A DNA stretch of 6,782 bases from Raphidiopsis brookii D9 (lineage in GTDB: Bacteria; Cyanobacteriota; Cyanobacteriia; Cyanobacteriales; Nostocaceae): assembly GCA_000175855.1 (NCBI GenBank), contig ACYB01000039.1, forward strand, positions 1 to 6,782, read 5' to 3'. The translations under genes and the position numbers were made by a program. A model generated the notes under the pieces. It made no database searches and was not told the DNA's origin. It saw only the letters and a program-made list of their open reading frames with translations. Below, in pieces: positions 5,442 through 6,782 of the stretch; position 1 is the first letter of the stretch; every line of letters starts with the position of its first letter.

Positions 5442-6745
5442 AGTTTTTAACCAGGGGTGGGAAAATAAGTCGCCCCCCCCTTACTTCGACTTTCAAGAAT
5501 TTACCAGGATTACTCAAACTATTGCAACGGGAAATTGGTTTAGAAAAGCAGTTTAAATTGGATTACTCCCGACTCTTTCTTCCCGGAATGACACAATTAA
5601 CTAATGAGTCTTTGGGGGAATTATCACCATCTCAACTCTTGAATAGGGTGGACCAAATTCTGGATTTATTGGAAAAGGTTACCTACTATAGTATTTTATC
5701 CCCTTTAAGTGCTGCTATCCGCCAGAAATTATTCCGTGTCCAAGATGAAGAAATTGATCACAGTAATGCTCCTGAAATATCATCATTGCACTCTTTGCAA
5801 CGTCTAGCCCTAGCAGCAAAAAACCTATTACCCAATTTAGAACCTCAAAGAGTTTTTGACCAATTGGCAGAAACCACCTCCGGTCAAAATATTTTAGAAG
5901 AATTCTATGAGGTTTTAGAAGAGTATGGTTATTTAAGTCAAGTAGGAACTGATATTGCTGTGTCTAGGTGGAAGGAACAACCAGACTTATTTAAGCAAAT
6001 GTTCATACAGATCCTAGAAACCCATGAAGTTATCAGTAACCAGGGATCCTCGAAACGCCAACAGGGCAATGTGCAAAATCGTGTCAACTTAAAAGGAACA
6101 GTCACGGAAGTTTATTCTCGACTTCTGGCCGAATTACGCTGGACATTCTTGGCTTTAGAAAAGACTTGGTTAACATCTCATCTATTAACAGCACCAGGAG
6201 ATATCTTCTATTTAAACTTAGGTGAGATTAGACGTTTAATTGCTGATGCAGATCCACAATTGACAGAACAACTGGTAAAATTGTTAGCCAGCAGGCGATC
6301 GCAGTTTGAGCAAGATAGTGAAATCAGCCAAATTCCAGCGGTAGTTTATGGCAACAATCCGCCCTACCCAATGACTAACAGTAAACCAATGAATCTTTCT
6401 GACCGAGTTTTGGTAGGAATTCCAGCCAGTAGGGGACAAGCCATAGGAAAAGTGAAGATAGTGCGCAATTTTCAGGAAGCAGGGGAGATTAATAAACAGA
6501 CAATTCTAGTGGTACCCTATACAGATTCTGGGTGGGCTACCATTTTAGTTCGTGCTGGTGGGGTGATTGCTGAAACTGGTGGCAAACTTTCCCATGGTGC
6601 AATTGTGGCCAGAGAATATGGCATTCCTGCGGTCATGGATATACATGGAGCTACTGATTTATTACGAGATGGTCAAAAAGTACGCATTGATGGCTCCCGG
6701 GGAACCGTAGAAATGGGGAGGTTTCCTGAGTTGGGATCTAATTAA
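5429..6745 (+). CDS. C-terminal fragment of the same protein: central region plus PEP-utilising phosphohistidine domain
   Basis: The track lists 5522..6745 from a TTG, but this frame is open back through 5429 (PESLEFLTRGGKISRPPLTSTFKNLPGLLKLLQREIGLEKQF...). It ends with GGVIAETGGKLSHGAIVAREYGIPAVMDIHGATDLLRDGQKVRIDGSRGTVEM, the mobile His domain signature. Confidence 0.88.
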   Translation, partial: PESLEFLTRGGKISRPPLTSTFKNLPGLLKLLQREIGLEKQFKLDYSRLFLPGMTQLTNESLGELSPSQLLNRVDQILDLLEKVTYYSILSPLSAAIRQKLFRVQDEEIDHSNAPEISSLHSLQRLALAAKNLLPNLEPQRVFDQLAETTSGQNILEEFYEVLEEYGYLSQVGTDIAVSRWKEQPDLFKQMFIQILETHEVISNQGSSKRQQGNVQNRVNLKGTVTEVYSRLLAELRWTFLALEKTWLTSHLLTAPGDIFYLNLGEIRRLIADADPQLTEQLVKLLASRRSQFEQDSEISQIPAVVYGNNPPYPMTNSKPMNLSDRVLVGIPASRGQAIGKVKIVRNFQEAGEINKQTILVVPYTDSGWATILVRAGGVIAETGGKLSHGAIVAREYGIPAVMDIHGATDLLRDGQKVRIDGSRGTVEMGRFPELGSN

Positions 6746-6782
6746 CTAACTCCGCTTTTATGTTGTCTCTCCTGACGACGTT

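Larger units (their letters stand above)
3858..6745 (+). pseudogene. Frameshifted full gene (about 962 aa if repaired): PlsY-like / PEP-pyruvate-binding / PEP-utilising fusion
   Basis: ORF1 frame TTA CCC CAG AAA GTT TAG. Adding one C at 5427-5430 gives TTA CCC CCA GAA AGT TTA GAG..., which joins continuously to the downstream frame with no other stop. Confidence 0.8.

Noticed and set aside
1-6782. CRISPR array, tRNA, rRNA, retron or transposase
   Set aside because: I saw no regularly spaced repeats, tRNA-like signature, reverse transcriptase or transposase motifs, or terminal inverted repeats. A tool search could still reveal degraded elements.

Overview
The window appears to be cyanobacterial: it has two HIP1 GCGATCGC sites and a PlsY-like/PEP-synthase-like fusion gene. 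It falls into two halves. The left half (about 1-3250) is AT-rich and minus-strand. It carries (i) the 5' part of an AAA/ABC-type ATPase gene running off the left edge. This gene is absent from the ORF track, is open from 906 to 1, and has an exact-consensus promoter TTGACA-N17-TATAAT. It also carries (ii) a two-gene cassette, an AAA_15/AAA_21-like (OLD-type) ATPase (3248..2130) followed by a DUF3226/TOPRIM-like protein (about 2068..1301, GTG start with GGAGG Shine-Dalgarno). The cassette has the architecture of split OLD-like / PARIS-like ATPase+TOPRIM anti-phage systems and is the best candidate for an under-described system. The right half (3604-6745, + strand) looks like ordinary chromosome. 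It has a 46-aa single-TM protein missing from the ORF track, then a gene of about 962 codons encoding a PlsY-like membrane domain fused to pyruvate/phosphate-dikinase ATP-grasp and phosphohistidine domains. That gene is split by an apparent one-base deletion at the C run 5427-5430. Several hairpins and short repeats flank these genes. No CRISPR, rRNA, tRNA or transposase was supportable.
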